The notes beneath the pieces were generated by a model, which worked only from the letters and a program-made list of their open reading frames with translations, had not been told where the DNA came from and searched no databases. The position numbers and the translations under genes were made by a program. 64,000 nt of DNA from Raillietiella orientalis (taxonomy: Eukaryota), in assembly GCA_036172245.1 (NCBI GenBank), contig JAYWIR010000015.1, positions 930,001 through 994,000 of the forward strand. Reading direction: 5' to 3'. Positions 27,065 through 38,780 of the stretch are shown one piece after another (position 1 is the stretch's first letter; each line of letters opens with the position of its first letter).

Positions 27065-30000
27065 TATTTCTATTTTTCTTCTTCTTTTTTCTTTTGATTT
27101 TTATCCCTTTCTGGTCCTTTTGCCGACTCGTTGCGCAGCATTTCCTGTACATAAGGCAACTTCTTCCATGTATGCCCATTTATTTTGAAGAATCGTCCCG
27201 TCGAGGCCTGCTCACCACTGATACCCGGGATGAGGCCATTTGTTCGAAGTGAATAGACACTTTAGACAGCCCTAGACAGACAAAGGTTGACTTGCCTCGG
27301 TCCGAACCTAAAGGGACCGCCCTCGCAGAGGAGAGGACTAGGCAGGATTGGAGAGAGAGGAGGGAAATCAATGAATGGAAACAAATAAATGAGGGATGGG
27401 ATGGGCCAGTCTCACGGCAGTCCAATTGATTCCCGAGGTCTTGAGTTGAGCAGGGCAGGAGCGGAGCAGGAAGAGTGGGATCGCGCTCACCGGTTTCGTG
27501 TCAGCCTGCCCACAAGCGCTCGAAGACTCCCTCGCACCCCGCCTCCCTGACCGGGACATTCATCGCTCTTCTCATGTAGGTGATGGAGATCTCCAACGAA
27601 CTCTCGAGGATGTCAGCAGCCTCCTCCTTCCATTCCGGCAGTCGCCGTCGCTCTCAGGTGGCGGCGCGCCTCCAGAGGCAAGGCGACCGGCAAGCCTGCA
27701 GGCGTGGGCATCTCTCCAAGGAGGTCTTCGGGGCAGCATCGTGGAATCGAAGCGCCTCAGCGATGCACTCCAATCGCTAACTCAGCCTCCGGCATTCCAG
27801 CAGCACCGTGGGAGCATCCCCACCGTCGCGCAGTAGGGATATTCCTTGGGCACTGTCCTCGCTGAGGCGTGGTGGTGTTCCTCGTTTCCGGAGAAGTACC
27901 CAGTGCACCAGCAAGATGGATGAGAAAGGGAGGACGGAGCACGGGGTTCCCAAGTTCTCCCGGAGAATTCCCAGGGATCCTGTCCGTCTCTGGGGAGCCC
28001 GAGCTGGAACTTTTGGGGCGCAAAGGGGACCGCGTAAAAGTTCGTGAGAGGCCGGCTCGAAGAGATCGGCTAAATCAAGGATTAAGAATACTTCCTCGGA
28101 TCTTGCTTCGTTACGTCTGTTCTGAAGTACGTGAAGCTCTTCGGCAGCTCCGTCCAGTAGGAGAGAGTTCTTCTGCTCTGGAAAAATTCCTTTTGTAAGT
28201 TACTTCTGAAACTGATGTGTCGACTGCAAGGAACTTTCTGGGATGCCGACCACATTCTCCCTCCAGTTCGACCGTTGCAACCCTGCATAATCGGGCCTCA
28301 ATCAACCTCGGAGCTGAGGTATCCATCACGCTTTGGGAACAGTGGAAGGTCCTGCCTTGCTTCAGGTCGCATAGTATCTTCTGGATAAATCGTACCGCTT
28401 CATCAATGTATGTTCTGTAACAAAGGTGTCCCTTATCTTTGCGAGCAGAGAGGTTTCTGGAAAGAATGGTCGCAGCCGATCCATCCCTCTGAGAGGTTCC
28501 TGCTAAAGACATATCTCATCTACTGCTTCGCAGTCATGGGATTTGTCCAAGTGATTGTTGCTTAGAGGGGATGCTGGAATGTGTAGTCCTGTGCCCACTC
28601 CTTTTCTTTAAGTGCATTTATCATTGAAGTCATTCTTATCATCCTTTGCACATCCGAAGGAAGTTTGTAAGGCAAATGCTGAGTAGTAATGAAAAGATTT
28701 TAAAGGCATCTCCATGGCTCGCGAAGTGATGCGACCACTCGGCATGCCATAGCAATGTCATTCCTGTTGGCGAAAGAGATGGAGACATGGGTGGTCGTAG
28801 GGTGGCGGAGAGCTCATGGAATCTTGCGAATGCTCAACTGCGAGTGATTCCTCGGATGAGTCTCGGATGAGCAGAGAGAAAAATAAGAGACTGGGGATGC
28901 TGTAGGATGTAGATTCTGAGACATCCGAACGAATCTGCAGTGGTGCTTTAGGACGGTGTCGCAAAAGCGAGAGAGGCAAAGAGCTCGTGAGGGAAGTTCA
29001 CTCCAATGAAGATAACTGTACCCATTCGTTCGTTCAATCTCACCAGCTCCGCAGATCACTTGCGATTTTCGCTTCTAGGTGCGGAATCTCCAGGCAGCAG
29101 CTTCTCACCTTCTTCGGAAGGTGAGAAGCTGCTCTGAACTCAGAATCTTCCGAAAGCTGCAAACTTTGGTGACTCTTCGCTCCCAGCGGGCAGTCAAAAC
29201 AGCCCGAAAGGAGATCCGGCATGGAATGTTGGATTTCGCTAGGATCCACCAAGTCGGCGGATGCAGACATCCACCGACTTCCTTCTCCGGCAATGGCACT
29301 AAAATGAAAGAGTTTTTGTTTTCCATCCCTTCTCCAAATCAAGCCACTCAGAGGCTTTACTGTTTGCTTTTTCTTCATCGAGAACTCTGCGAGGAAGATT
29401 TCTCTTGACAAACCACGACGAAGGTGGAATAGCGAGGACGGCAAATGAGTTGCAAGCTGCGTTTCTCAAGAGTTCCCGTTCGTCTGATAGACCGACTGAT
29501 AACTGCGGCAGGAGTTCCAGAGACAAAACAAGAAAGTCTGAGGTCCAATGTGACTTCCAGAGGCCTTTTTTGGACTCTTCCCGCAAAAGCTCCTGGAGGA
29601 AAGTCCAACGTCTTCGACACCGAGTTTAATCATTCTTCGTTCACACAGCTGAAGAGGTGATTTGTATTTCGTAAGCCGATCCTCGGATGCATGATCACTC
29701 TCCCGAGACAACAGATGCCCAAGTTGCTATGACATCAGCGAGGTCTCATACAGAAGACGTTTTGCTTCCTCTCCATAGGTTGCCTCGTCAATCCGAGCCG
29801 GTATTGCGTGTCGTAGCTCGCGTTTTCACGATGAGGCGATCTGCTGCCTTGCAGCCGGCCAGTTTCTCTTATTTACTCTTTTCGCAGGGCTGCAATAGGC
29901 TTCAAAGAGTGAGCACAAGCAGCCGATGGTTTCAAGTTCAGTCTTCATTCGCTGAAATTTGCTTTGTCTGCACACTCTGAAGAGACACGGTTGAACTGGT

Positions 30001-30400
30001 AGTCGAACAGTGCAGGTAAAAGAGGCGAAAGTTCAAGAAGAATGGCAGAATCCGACGCAAGTTTCGGAAAGACAGAGGGTTGGAATTGGGAGAGCTGATG
30101 GGATAGAGGAATGTCGCTATGAGTTCCATGGCGACGTAGGTGTTTTAACTTTGTTGCCATTCACGCTGGTCTCTGGAAACAATTCCTGCCTTCACAAGGC
30201 ACCGGCTCTTTGTGTCTGAGTTTCCTATCTCATCTCCTCATTCAATTCTAGTCCCCATGATCTGTGACCTACCTTCAGACTTAGTGGGGAAAGTGGGGAT
30301 CTCAAGGGGAATTTCGAAATCAGAAAATCACAAACGTGAAAGCCTCTTGTTCCCTCTTGAACTGCGACACTCAACAAAGCATCCAGAAGGTTTCTGGATC
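27065..30400 (-). mobile_element. Degenerate near-complete ORF2 (endonuclease, RT, zinc finger) of an L1/Tx1-like element with A-rich tail; copy C
   Basis: In-frame endonuclease motifs RID (29795-29787) and SDH (29699-29691). Linker WRRDGKQKLFHF and LVDPSEIQH. RT-like HCYGMPSGRIT, HLDKSHD, DLKQGRT and FLAVDTSV in the expected order. C-terminal EYPYCATV/DAPTVLLECRRL. 3' UTR with AATAAA near 27180 and an A-rich tail at about 27105-27065. Confidence 0.68.
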
Positions 30401-31307
30401 CTCGCTGGTCATGAGGATTCGGAGCGATTCCAGGGAAGTGTCTCTTCCGACTGAAACTTTTTTTTAGCGAAAATCCTTTGGGCAGATACGTTTGTAACCA
30501 AAGAACGCGCCGCCAGGAGTACGCTCAACGATAGCCGTCATTGTCAATCATCGTGACGTGAAAATTCTTCTCTGCTTTCCTCAGATGAGCATCAGAAATG
30601 TTTTTTTTTCTTTTTGATGTTTTTGAAAGCGTCGAATGTGGATCGAAGTTCTCTTTGTTACAGAGGTGAGCTTTAGAAGGGTTCCCGCTGATTTCTTCTT
30701 GTTTACCCAAATCTGAAGCTTCCGATGAAAACTCCTTTTCAAAGTTAGCTTTCAGAACGAGGGCAGCTCTTGCACGAGTGGGGACTCCGGCTAGACTTCA
30801 TCGGGAAAATTCATGCTTCACTCAAGAGAGCTTTTTGTCGCATCCAAATGTTTAGGTCTCTTGACACGAAATTCGCCAAGATAAGCAGCACATCCGGAAA
30901 ACGTACCTACAAGAGGGACGCCTTGATTCGACTCTTGAAAACAATTTTGCAACTCCTAATGTATCCTTCAGCAAACCTCCCGAGACGAAGCTTGATCCTC
31001 CTCCAAGAATCCCCGGAAGCGTAACCCGCAGTAGCTGCAACTGCTGCTTTCCATGTTTGCAAGAATGAGAATCATCTCATGGATTGTGTATTATTCATCC
31101 CTGCCTTCGTATCTCTGAGGCATGTGGCGTTCCTTTTGTGTGAAATACTGCTCAGTCTGCTGCGCACAAGGGGAACTGTGCTTCACGATCCTGGGCTCCT
31201 TGAGGTCACGTGACAGGAAAAACTTTTTTTACTCTATTCTAGAGCTGCGTCAAATTAAGGCGGCTTTTTTTTTTATTTTTTTTGAAATGCCGCCTTTTTC
31301 AGATCAG

Positions 31308-31347
31308 CACGCGAGCGCGCGCGCGAGAGAGAGAGAGGGGGGGGGGG
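31308..31347. repeat. Compound microsatellite (CG)n-(GA)n-poly(G)
   Basis: cacgcgagcgcgcgcgcgagagagagagaggggggggggg read directly. Confidence 0.9.
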
Positions 31348-32340
31348 AAATATGATTTCTCCACCACGCAGAATACATGAAGTCGGGAAGAAAAGTTTCC
31401 AAAATACTGGAAGGAATTCGGCGTTCCGTGCACGTATGTCCTGGCTTTTGTCTAAGCTACAATGTGGACCCTTCTCCCCTGTGATGCTAGCAGAATTCGG
31501 GGAGTGGCAGTGAGAAATGATGTGCCTATATTCACTGCATGCTCATCCCCCCCCCCCAAAGGGTCATCAGGGATGTGTGTTGACATCAGAGTGCAAAGTG
31601 AAACTGTGAGAAACTCCAATGAGATCGAAGAGAAATTCTCGCAATCTGAAATCCGAAAAGGCTCTCATATTTTTACTCTAAATCGGCGAGCACAGAGGGG
31701 AAATGCTGCTGAAGCCAAGGCTACCTAAGACAAATGCACGTCCGTGGATCGGCGCTTTTGAGGCAAAGGGTCATTCACAAGGAGAACGCGATACATCTGG
31801 GTTACCATGCGATCCAGAGTTTAATGGACCAGAAAGAAAGCTCCTTGTTGCACTGGCTCCTAAAATCTGGGTAAGGCATTATCTAAAAAGACTTGCAACG
31901 GAGCAAAATCAACAGTCTGTGGTTTATCTGTTTACACATAAGATGATCTGCCTAAGGGAAATAAAAAACATTCCCTCATGAGCTGCTGTGTTTGATCCGG
32001 ACCCGCTTCCCTCACCTTTCTATCCCTTTTTTAGAGCCATAAGGATGAAGTTGTGTAAAAAATTCGAAACACCTTGCCAGGCTACTCAGCAAAAGCTCTG
32101 TTTCTCCGCGCATTTCGGTGAGGGGCAGCACTGCTGAAGAGCAACGCTGACACACTGAATAGCTTACTGTCCAACAGCCATTCCAGCGTAAGGAATTTCA
32201 GAGAAATTCGGAAAAAATTCCATACGCTGAAATTCCTGCTGCCCGTGACCGGGCACACGCACGTGTGGCCACCGAACGCAGCACTCGCTTCAACCAGCGC
32301 AGAAACTTCGGGGCTGAACTCGGAACTTTCACATTCCCGC

Positions 32341-32433
32341 ATTCAGGGATGGCGATTCAGGAATACGGAGGATTTTCGATCATGCAGGGAAATTTTTCTG
32401 GGACTGATCTCATCCGAGAGAAGCACTGACTAG
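32341..32433 (+). repeat. Dispersed repeat, copy 1 (paralogue at 37149-37285)
   Basis: Shares ttcagggatg, attcaggaatacgga.gatttt and gggac.gatctca.ccgagag..gcactgacta.g with 37149-37285 in the same order and orientation. Confidence 0.75.
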
Positions 32434-33211
32434 GAAGATTCACACCGTCTCCTGGAAAGTCTCGTATTTTCCTGGTTCAGCCAGGAAAATACGGAACGCA
32501 TCTCAAAAGTGGTGGCCGATCGGATAGAAAGAAAAGACAAAGAAGAGAAACAAAAATGTGTTGGTGGTTGGAAACACATACAATCCCCATGTCGTTTTCC
32601 TACGTAGTCGCCGTTTTTTTCCAAACACTTCCGAGGCCGTGGAAGAAGCTTTTTTTTTAGATCCCTTGCATCCGATTCCGCCGCCTGGCAGTTCAGCCAG
32701 TGCAGCAGCACTGAGGTTTTCAACTCCTCTCTTCCCCCCTCGAATCGTTGAGCCACTTCTCGGGGTGCAAGGAAACGCAACCCTGAAGGGCGCTAATGGA
32801 GCAGACATACGGGCCCAAACTGCTCGGAGTCGAAAGAATCGGTTGCTACCGTTGTCTCTCATGAGCCGTAAACCAGACTTGGAGACTCATCTCGCTCATT
32901 CATCTGGCTTCAGGCAAACTTTCCATCGAAATCGCCTAGTCTCATGAAGATCTGTTGAACAGTCCTCTCAGAGTACCCAGCAGGAATAAGAATGGCATTT
33001 TTCTGGAAATTCAAGACGAATGAACGTACCAAATGACCAGCTGGGGCTGAGGCACGGATGGACTTGCCATCGATCAAGGGATCGAGACTACTTGCGTGAA
33101 TGGAATCTTCACTTTAGCCTCAAGAAAATGCGAAAAAAGACCTGTAGCGAGGGATGTGGTTACTATTGACCTCAAATGATGAAAATCTTTTTGGGCTCTT
33201 CTGTTTAGCTG

Positions 33212-33325
33212 TTTTCCTTCCAGCAGCTTTTTTTTCTTTTTTTTTTTCGGGTTTTCTTTTTTTTTTGGTTTGCCAAGGCTGAGTATTGAAGAACCGCTGC
33301 CTGGTGGCTCATGGAGCTCTTTAAC
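33212..33325. repeat. Dispersed repeat with poly(T), copy 1 (paralogue at 45505-45590); likely the 3' end of a minus-strand retroposon
   Basis: ttttccttccagc...(T)n-ggtttgcc...gagtattgaagaac...ggtggctcatggagctctttaac matches ttttccttccagc-(T)n-ggttcgccgagtgctgaagaac...ggcggctcacgaagctctttaac at 45505-45590. Confidence 0.75.
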
Positions 33326-33360
33326 ACTCTTTATACCACTCGAAGTTGCGTATTACTTTA

Positions 33361-33775
33361 GGGGGGAATCCCGGGAGGGGGGCACCCTATGAATCTGGGA
33401 AGGCTCCTGAGAAAGGAGTCCGTTTTTCTTATGCTTGGGAGGGAACCCCAAAGGAAACCTCCTCCTTATTCTCTCCCTAAGGACCCCCTGAGTGGAGCCA
33501 GTACTCATTTCTTCTCCGGAGGGACCCTCGCGAGGGAACCTCTCCTCTTTGTTTCCTCCTCTGAAAAGAGTCCCGAAGAAATGCCTCTAAACTCTTATGA
33601 AGGACGCTCCCTGAAGGGAGCAGAGCACTTCTTAAACCCTGGAGAGGTGTCAACCATCTCCATGATACGCTATGGAAGGGCTCTCCCCGAAGGGGAGGAC
33701 GGCTCCATTTTCGCAACCGGAGGGGAATCCCGAAGGGAAGCGGCTCCTTGACTCCTGGAAGGACCTTGGAGGGTC
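33361..33775. repeat. Degenerate ~40 bp-period minisatellite, about 10-11 units
   Basis: A core like ggagggaNTCCCgaagggaa recurs at about 33361, 33397, 33437, 33478, 33518, 33563, 33599, 33641, 33674, 33719 and 33757, separated by pyrimidine-rich variable linkers. Confidence 0.6.
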
Positions 33776-35009
33776 AACTTCCAATCCCGGCTAGTCAACG
33801 GAGGCATCCGGGGACTTCCGGCTTCCAGCATCGCCGCAACCGAAGCGTGCAGACCAGACAGCGTCATCTTGCTGGGCAGACTCGAAACCCACGACGCACC
33901 CATTTCTCAGCGGGTATTCGAACCCGCAACCTTGGTAGCATGCGCAGAGACCGAAGCCGCACGGCAGTTAATGTCGGTGACTACGGCTGAAAAAAATAGC
34001 TGAGGAATCTTAGAAGTGAAATTTGTTTCTGATGGCTTCTGATGAGTGTTTGGCTGAAAAGATGCATCCTTCGTGAGATCCCGTCGAGAAAACAAAACTC
34101 TTGCTGCTGAAGAGAATGAGCGTGCAATCTTCGACGAGCGGTCACCACCAAGAGCTCAAGAGCTCAGTGTTTGCACTCGCGATCCAATGAGGTTTAAGAT
34201 TCCCCATTCTCGGCTTGGAAAAATCAGAAGTTCTCGGTTCTGATTTTCGGCTTGCAGCCTCGAACTGTCTCTGAGTGGTTTCGTCTGGGAAGCAGAACTC
34301 GCATCCTGGGCAGAACTGCGATCTGCCCTGTGAGGTGTGATTCTGCTGCTTGCTTCATGCACCAAATCGACGAACGGAAAACGGAAGGCCCATCTTCAGG
34401 AATTTTTTGGACGATGCTTGTCAGTTCATCGTAAACAGGATTCCATTCGAAAGAAAGGGATCCGACAAGGAAATTGACGACAAGGATGAATCTGGAAAAG
34501 AATTCCCACTGGACATGCCCCACTAGTATGAAAATTTACATGTGTTTCCGCGAAAGAATGGAAGATGCGTATAAATTCGTTTCTTTTCAAATAATTCTTT
34601 CCTAGTATCAGAGCTGCTCATCAAGGATATAACCGTGCTATCGGGAAACTGAACCGGTTTTCGTATTCCTTTGTAATAAAAAAAATGGTACGGATCCTCC
34701 ATGCTGTCGTCGCTAGAAATTAATCTCTATAGGGAACTCGAAATTGCTAGCATGTTTCAGGGAAAGCAAAACGTTCCAGAAGATGTTTGCTGAAGGAAAT
34801 ATCAGAACGATACATTCATTTATTTATTTAATCTCCTTTTCTGAAACTTAGAGATAGCAGTTCGTAAGGAAAACAGTATTGGCAAGGTTCGCTTTAACTT
34901 CTACTTTTGCCTTTCACTTTCAAAAGAGTATCCATAATTTAAGATCTAAAATATCATTTCACTGTTCCTGTGTAAGACGTCGTGGGAATCTCAGCTACTG
35001 ACTGAATCA

Positions 35010-35400
35010 TCCGGAGAGAAAGTTGCTGATCAGATCGGGCTGTTTTGTCACGGCCTGCATCACTAGCATCCAACTTTTCAAAACATGTGGGCACAATCAG
35101 TAGACTGCGCACCTTCATTTGGGAAGCTCTGGTTCGTGCATCCTTGTCATTCCAGCACGCAGTCTCTTGGTAGACTCTGGGAGAGATTCCCGGCTTGACT
35201 GAAGGTACTGCACTTTAGAAGAGAATTTCTAGGTTGTGAATGGGTGGAACAACCCCCAAACAGATGTGGCCTTCAGAAGAGACTGCTCCCACGTAGTGGA
35301 CTTTCCTGTTCCTCAATGCTGTTTTTGGTTTTTGCTTCATTTCTTTGCATGCCTCCTGCTCTTTGACGTAATGACGAGGTAAACTCTCTTCCTCGATTGA
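35010..35400 (-). mobile_element. Possible decayed Tc1/mariner-superfamily transposase remnant
   Basis: RKVHYVGAVSSEGHICL (cf. VMVWGAISxxG), WNDKDARTRAS (cf. QQDNARPHxS) and a frameshifted NSPDL-like segment near 35035 (cf. WPxxSPDLNP), in the correct order. Confidence 0.42.
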
Positions 35401-37148
35401 CGACCGAAGAAATAAAAATGCTGATATATAGTTCATGGCGTTTGTTGTTAAGAGAATGATGGATGTTAAAGTTTTTAGCTGTGCTTTAGAAATAGGAGCC
35501 AAGTAAAAATTTGCTTTCTCCTCTCCTCTTTTGAATATTCCCATGACTTACAAGACGGCACTGTATAAACGACTAAGGAAGAAGCACCAATGTTATTAGT
35601 ATTGTTATTAGTATATTTACAGAGTAGTTATCTTCCGACTCAGAATCGGAGATCCCTGGAAGCAAAAAACCTCCATATCAAGGAATCTGTTCTCGATCAG
35701 TTGGTGAAGAGCGATATGAGGTCGAAGGTTTGACCTTTCATAACTTCCATAATAGAAATCAATTAGGGTCGAGACTTTTGGAATCGGCCCTAATTGATTC
35801 ACTCAGGTTTGGATCGCACTGATCAGAATAAAACTTCAGTTTTCCCCAGAATGCCATGCTGAAGTACCCCAGGAATAAAGCACGCCTAACAGGGAAAAAA
35901 AGGACATTTCATTTTCCTCGGTGGTTTCTATTTGACATGCCAATCCATTGGATTTCCTTAGTGTTTCGGTTTGCATAAATAATGTGAATATAAAAACATT
36001 CATTTTGTTTCGAATGATCTGTTAGTGTACATTTGCTTTTCCATTCCAAGATCACTTATCATGTTTGCTCCTTGCGTAGATCCTTATGTCTTATTCATTT
36101 CCACAGTTCAGATGTATCAGTTCAAGAAAAGCTTCAATTTCTGGACTCATTATCATCAGTTATCATAAAGATCATCCCTTTATTTGAGAGATATCAGGTT
36201 CATAAATGCGGACAAGTTTATTATTTTCCCTTCACGGAGCCACAGTAATTTCAGGTGCTTTCTCTGCGTCCCACTTTGGCCATGGGTGCTCAGAAACCTC
36301 ACAATCTGCAGTCCCACCAGCATCCCAGGTGATAATTTTGGAATCTTCGCGTTGAAGCGGACGATAATTTGTTAGCTCAGACAGGATTGGAGTTTGCAAT
36401 TTGGTTGAGATTTCAGCTTCTTCAATTTTGCGATTGTGCAACTAATCGCGGTGAACTTTCTGTTGTTCCGGCCATTTTGTTTGTGCATTCTAACGTGCGC
36501 TCACGCTTTCGCAGTTTGAGATCACAGAGTTCCTAAAATGCTGAGAGTGCTTCCATCGCGATCCCGTGTGGGATTCCCGGTTGAGTCTCGGCTTGAAGTG
36601 AGGGCTCTTCGATTTCCCACAGCTCACTCGGAATGAGAAAGGCAGTTGGAAGTTCCTCATTGGGGTCTCATAGCTCGCGGAACTAGGTATCTCGGTTAAA
36701 GGGTTACCAAAGCACATTTTGTGCTTCTGCCACCATTTGAAGCGTGGTCTTTACGGAACCGTTATTTATTGTCCAAAGATGGCTGACAGGTGAAAATCAC
36801 CTTGGCGGAAACTCGAAAAACTTCTTTGCAATTGCGATGCATTTCTTTCCGTGATATCGCTGACATCCTTCCATCCAGCTGGAATCCCGGCATTCCCGAG
36901 AACCGCTGCAATCCTGAAGATGCATGCGACCTCCCTCTGAGCAGATTTCTTCCCTCGAGTCCTTCTTCCGTGATTCCTTTGCGTTGCTTCTATTCTCTTG
37001 ATAGTTTTGGCACTACTGCCCATACTATCATGGGGCATCGTCATATCCCCTTTTGATCGAGCATATCATTGTCCTTTAACACATCATTTAACATACTCTT
37101 TAACGTATCATTGTCGTTATTATACCAATACACGAATTTTAACAGCTG

Positions 37149-37285
37149 ATTTCAGGGATGAGATCGCGATTTTCGAATCCCCCGTCTGCATTCAGGAATA
37201 CGGAAGATTTTCTCAATGGTGGATTCTCGATTACGCAGTGGAACTATTCCGGGACAGATCTCACCCGAGAGCTGCACTGACTAAG
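37149..37285 (+). repeat. Dispersed repeat, copy 2 (paralogue at 32341-32433)
   Basis: Same blocks as 32341-32433 with two extra internal segments; both copies end at gcactgacta. Confidence 0.75.
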
Positions 37286-38479
37286 GTCCAGCCAAGAACA
37301 TAATTCTGCTCGTTGTCGGAATAAGCTATTGGGTACAGGTGCTTTCGAGTTTAGAAATTTAGGAATTGGCCTAAGGACAGGTGCATGGCAAACTGACGTC
37401 GCATTCTTCTAGCCTCGCACGTCATGTGTACAGAATGAGCAAATACGGAAGCTTCCTGACGATGCCTCGACCTTTTTTTTTGTTACGGGACATTCCAGAA
37501 AGTTGCGAATTTTCATCGTGACGTTTGAAGACGATTCCCTTTTCTTGAGAGGGGAAAGTTGCCAAAACTGTTTCCAGAAGACATTTTTGCTTGGCCAGCA
37601 TTCTAAACGAAAATAGCAGCTACCTGGGAGTAAGAATTTTATGAATATCCTATGAGAAACTCTCCCGTGATTCCCTCCCTTGACACTTTCTTTAATGCCA
37701 TTTGATAGTTTTGCAAATGATCCTAAGACTTTCACACCTCCAGATGCAACTGCTGGCTTTCGTTTCAGTTCACTTTCTTGAGATTTCTTACAGTTTACTG
37801 GCTTTGAATAAATCAGCCCCCAAACTCGAGGATCTCGTGACACTTTAATTTGTAATGTTTCGTCAGTCTTCACGATTTTTCTACTTTGCCATTTTGAGAC
37901 CATTACATACAGGAATTTCTGTATGTAAATCTTTCATCTCAAGGAGCAATCAATGAGGTTCCTGGAAAACTTCTAAAGAATTATTAATAAGCATTCTTTC
38001 CAACTCATTATTTGCTGTCGCTTCAAGTCCCCCTTCATTCCAGACCTTCCTGAAGGCACTCCCTGCTGAAACGTCGTTAAACTCTACGTTCCCTTTAATA
38101 AGCTTGAAAACCATCTTTCTGGAGTTTCGCGAAAAGGGAATAAAACTTGAAAAAAAGGAAAAGTGAGAAACTTGGGGGACTTGTTGACTTTAACGTACCC
38201 CTCAGCGAGCACGTCGTTTGGACTCTCCAAGGAATTCCCGTTTCAGCTTCGGCTGCGCCATTGAGCCAGAAAGTCCTCGGAAATTCCCGAAGCTGATTGC
38301 TTGCATATTTACGTTACTTGTGTGAAATAAACTTTGTCAAAAATGCATAACTATTCACAATCCCTGGCTTGCAGCAGCTCGGGCCATTTGCTTTGAAGCA
38401 GACTGGCGGCGGAATGTACCAAGGAACCCAATGACCCACGTGTTGAGACCCTTCGATCACTGCTTTCTTCTTTTTCATG

Positions 38480-38780
38480 TGTGTATCCATGTGAGCGGCG
38501 AATCGAACGTGCATCTCTGTTTGAACATCTTATTTGCAGTAGCGCCACGTTGGATAGCATTTCTTCGGGAGCATCTTTGAGGATCATGTCCAACTGAGTC
38601 CGCTGGTTCGCGAGGCATTTGGATGAGGCACTTGAAAGGGAAGCGTGTCGGACGAATTTTCTGTGGTCCCTTTGTGGACTTCCATCTTGCTCCAGTATTG
38701 ATTTCACGCACAAAATCAGGGTTTGGAATGGTAGAAAACGCCATTTTGGGAAGTATTTCGAGCCTTCCGTAGGGCTCATG
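38480..38780 (-). mobile_element. Possible decayed Tc1/mariner-like transposase fragment
   Basis: ILEQDGSPQRDHRKFVR followed (other frame) by RFPFKCLI resembles FQQDGAPxHxxxxVRxxLxxxFPxRWI. Only one loose motif. Confidence 0.28.

Noticed and set aside
32740..32830. RNase H motif (LLGVQGNA...ADIRA)
   Set aside because: One partial motif lacking the conserved W and H; no other RNase H motifs found.
33361..33775. CRISPR-like repeat-spacer array
   Set aside because: Repeat cores are highly degenerate, linkers are short and similar in composition, there are no cas genes, and the context is eukaryotic.
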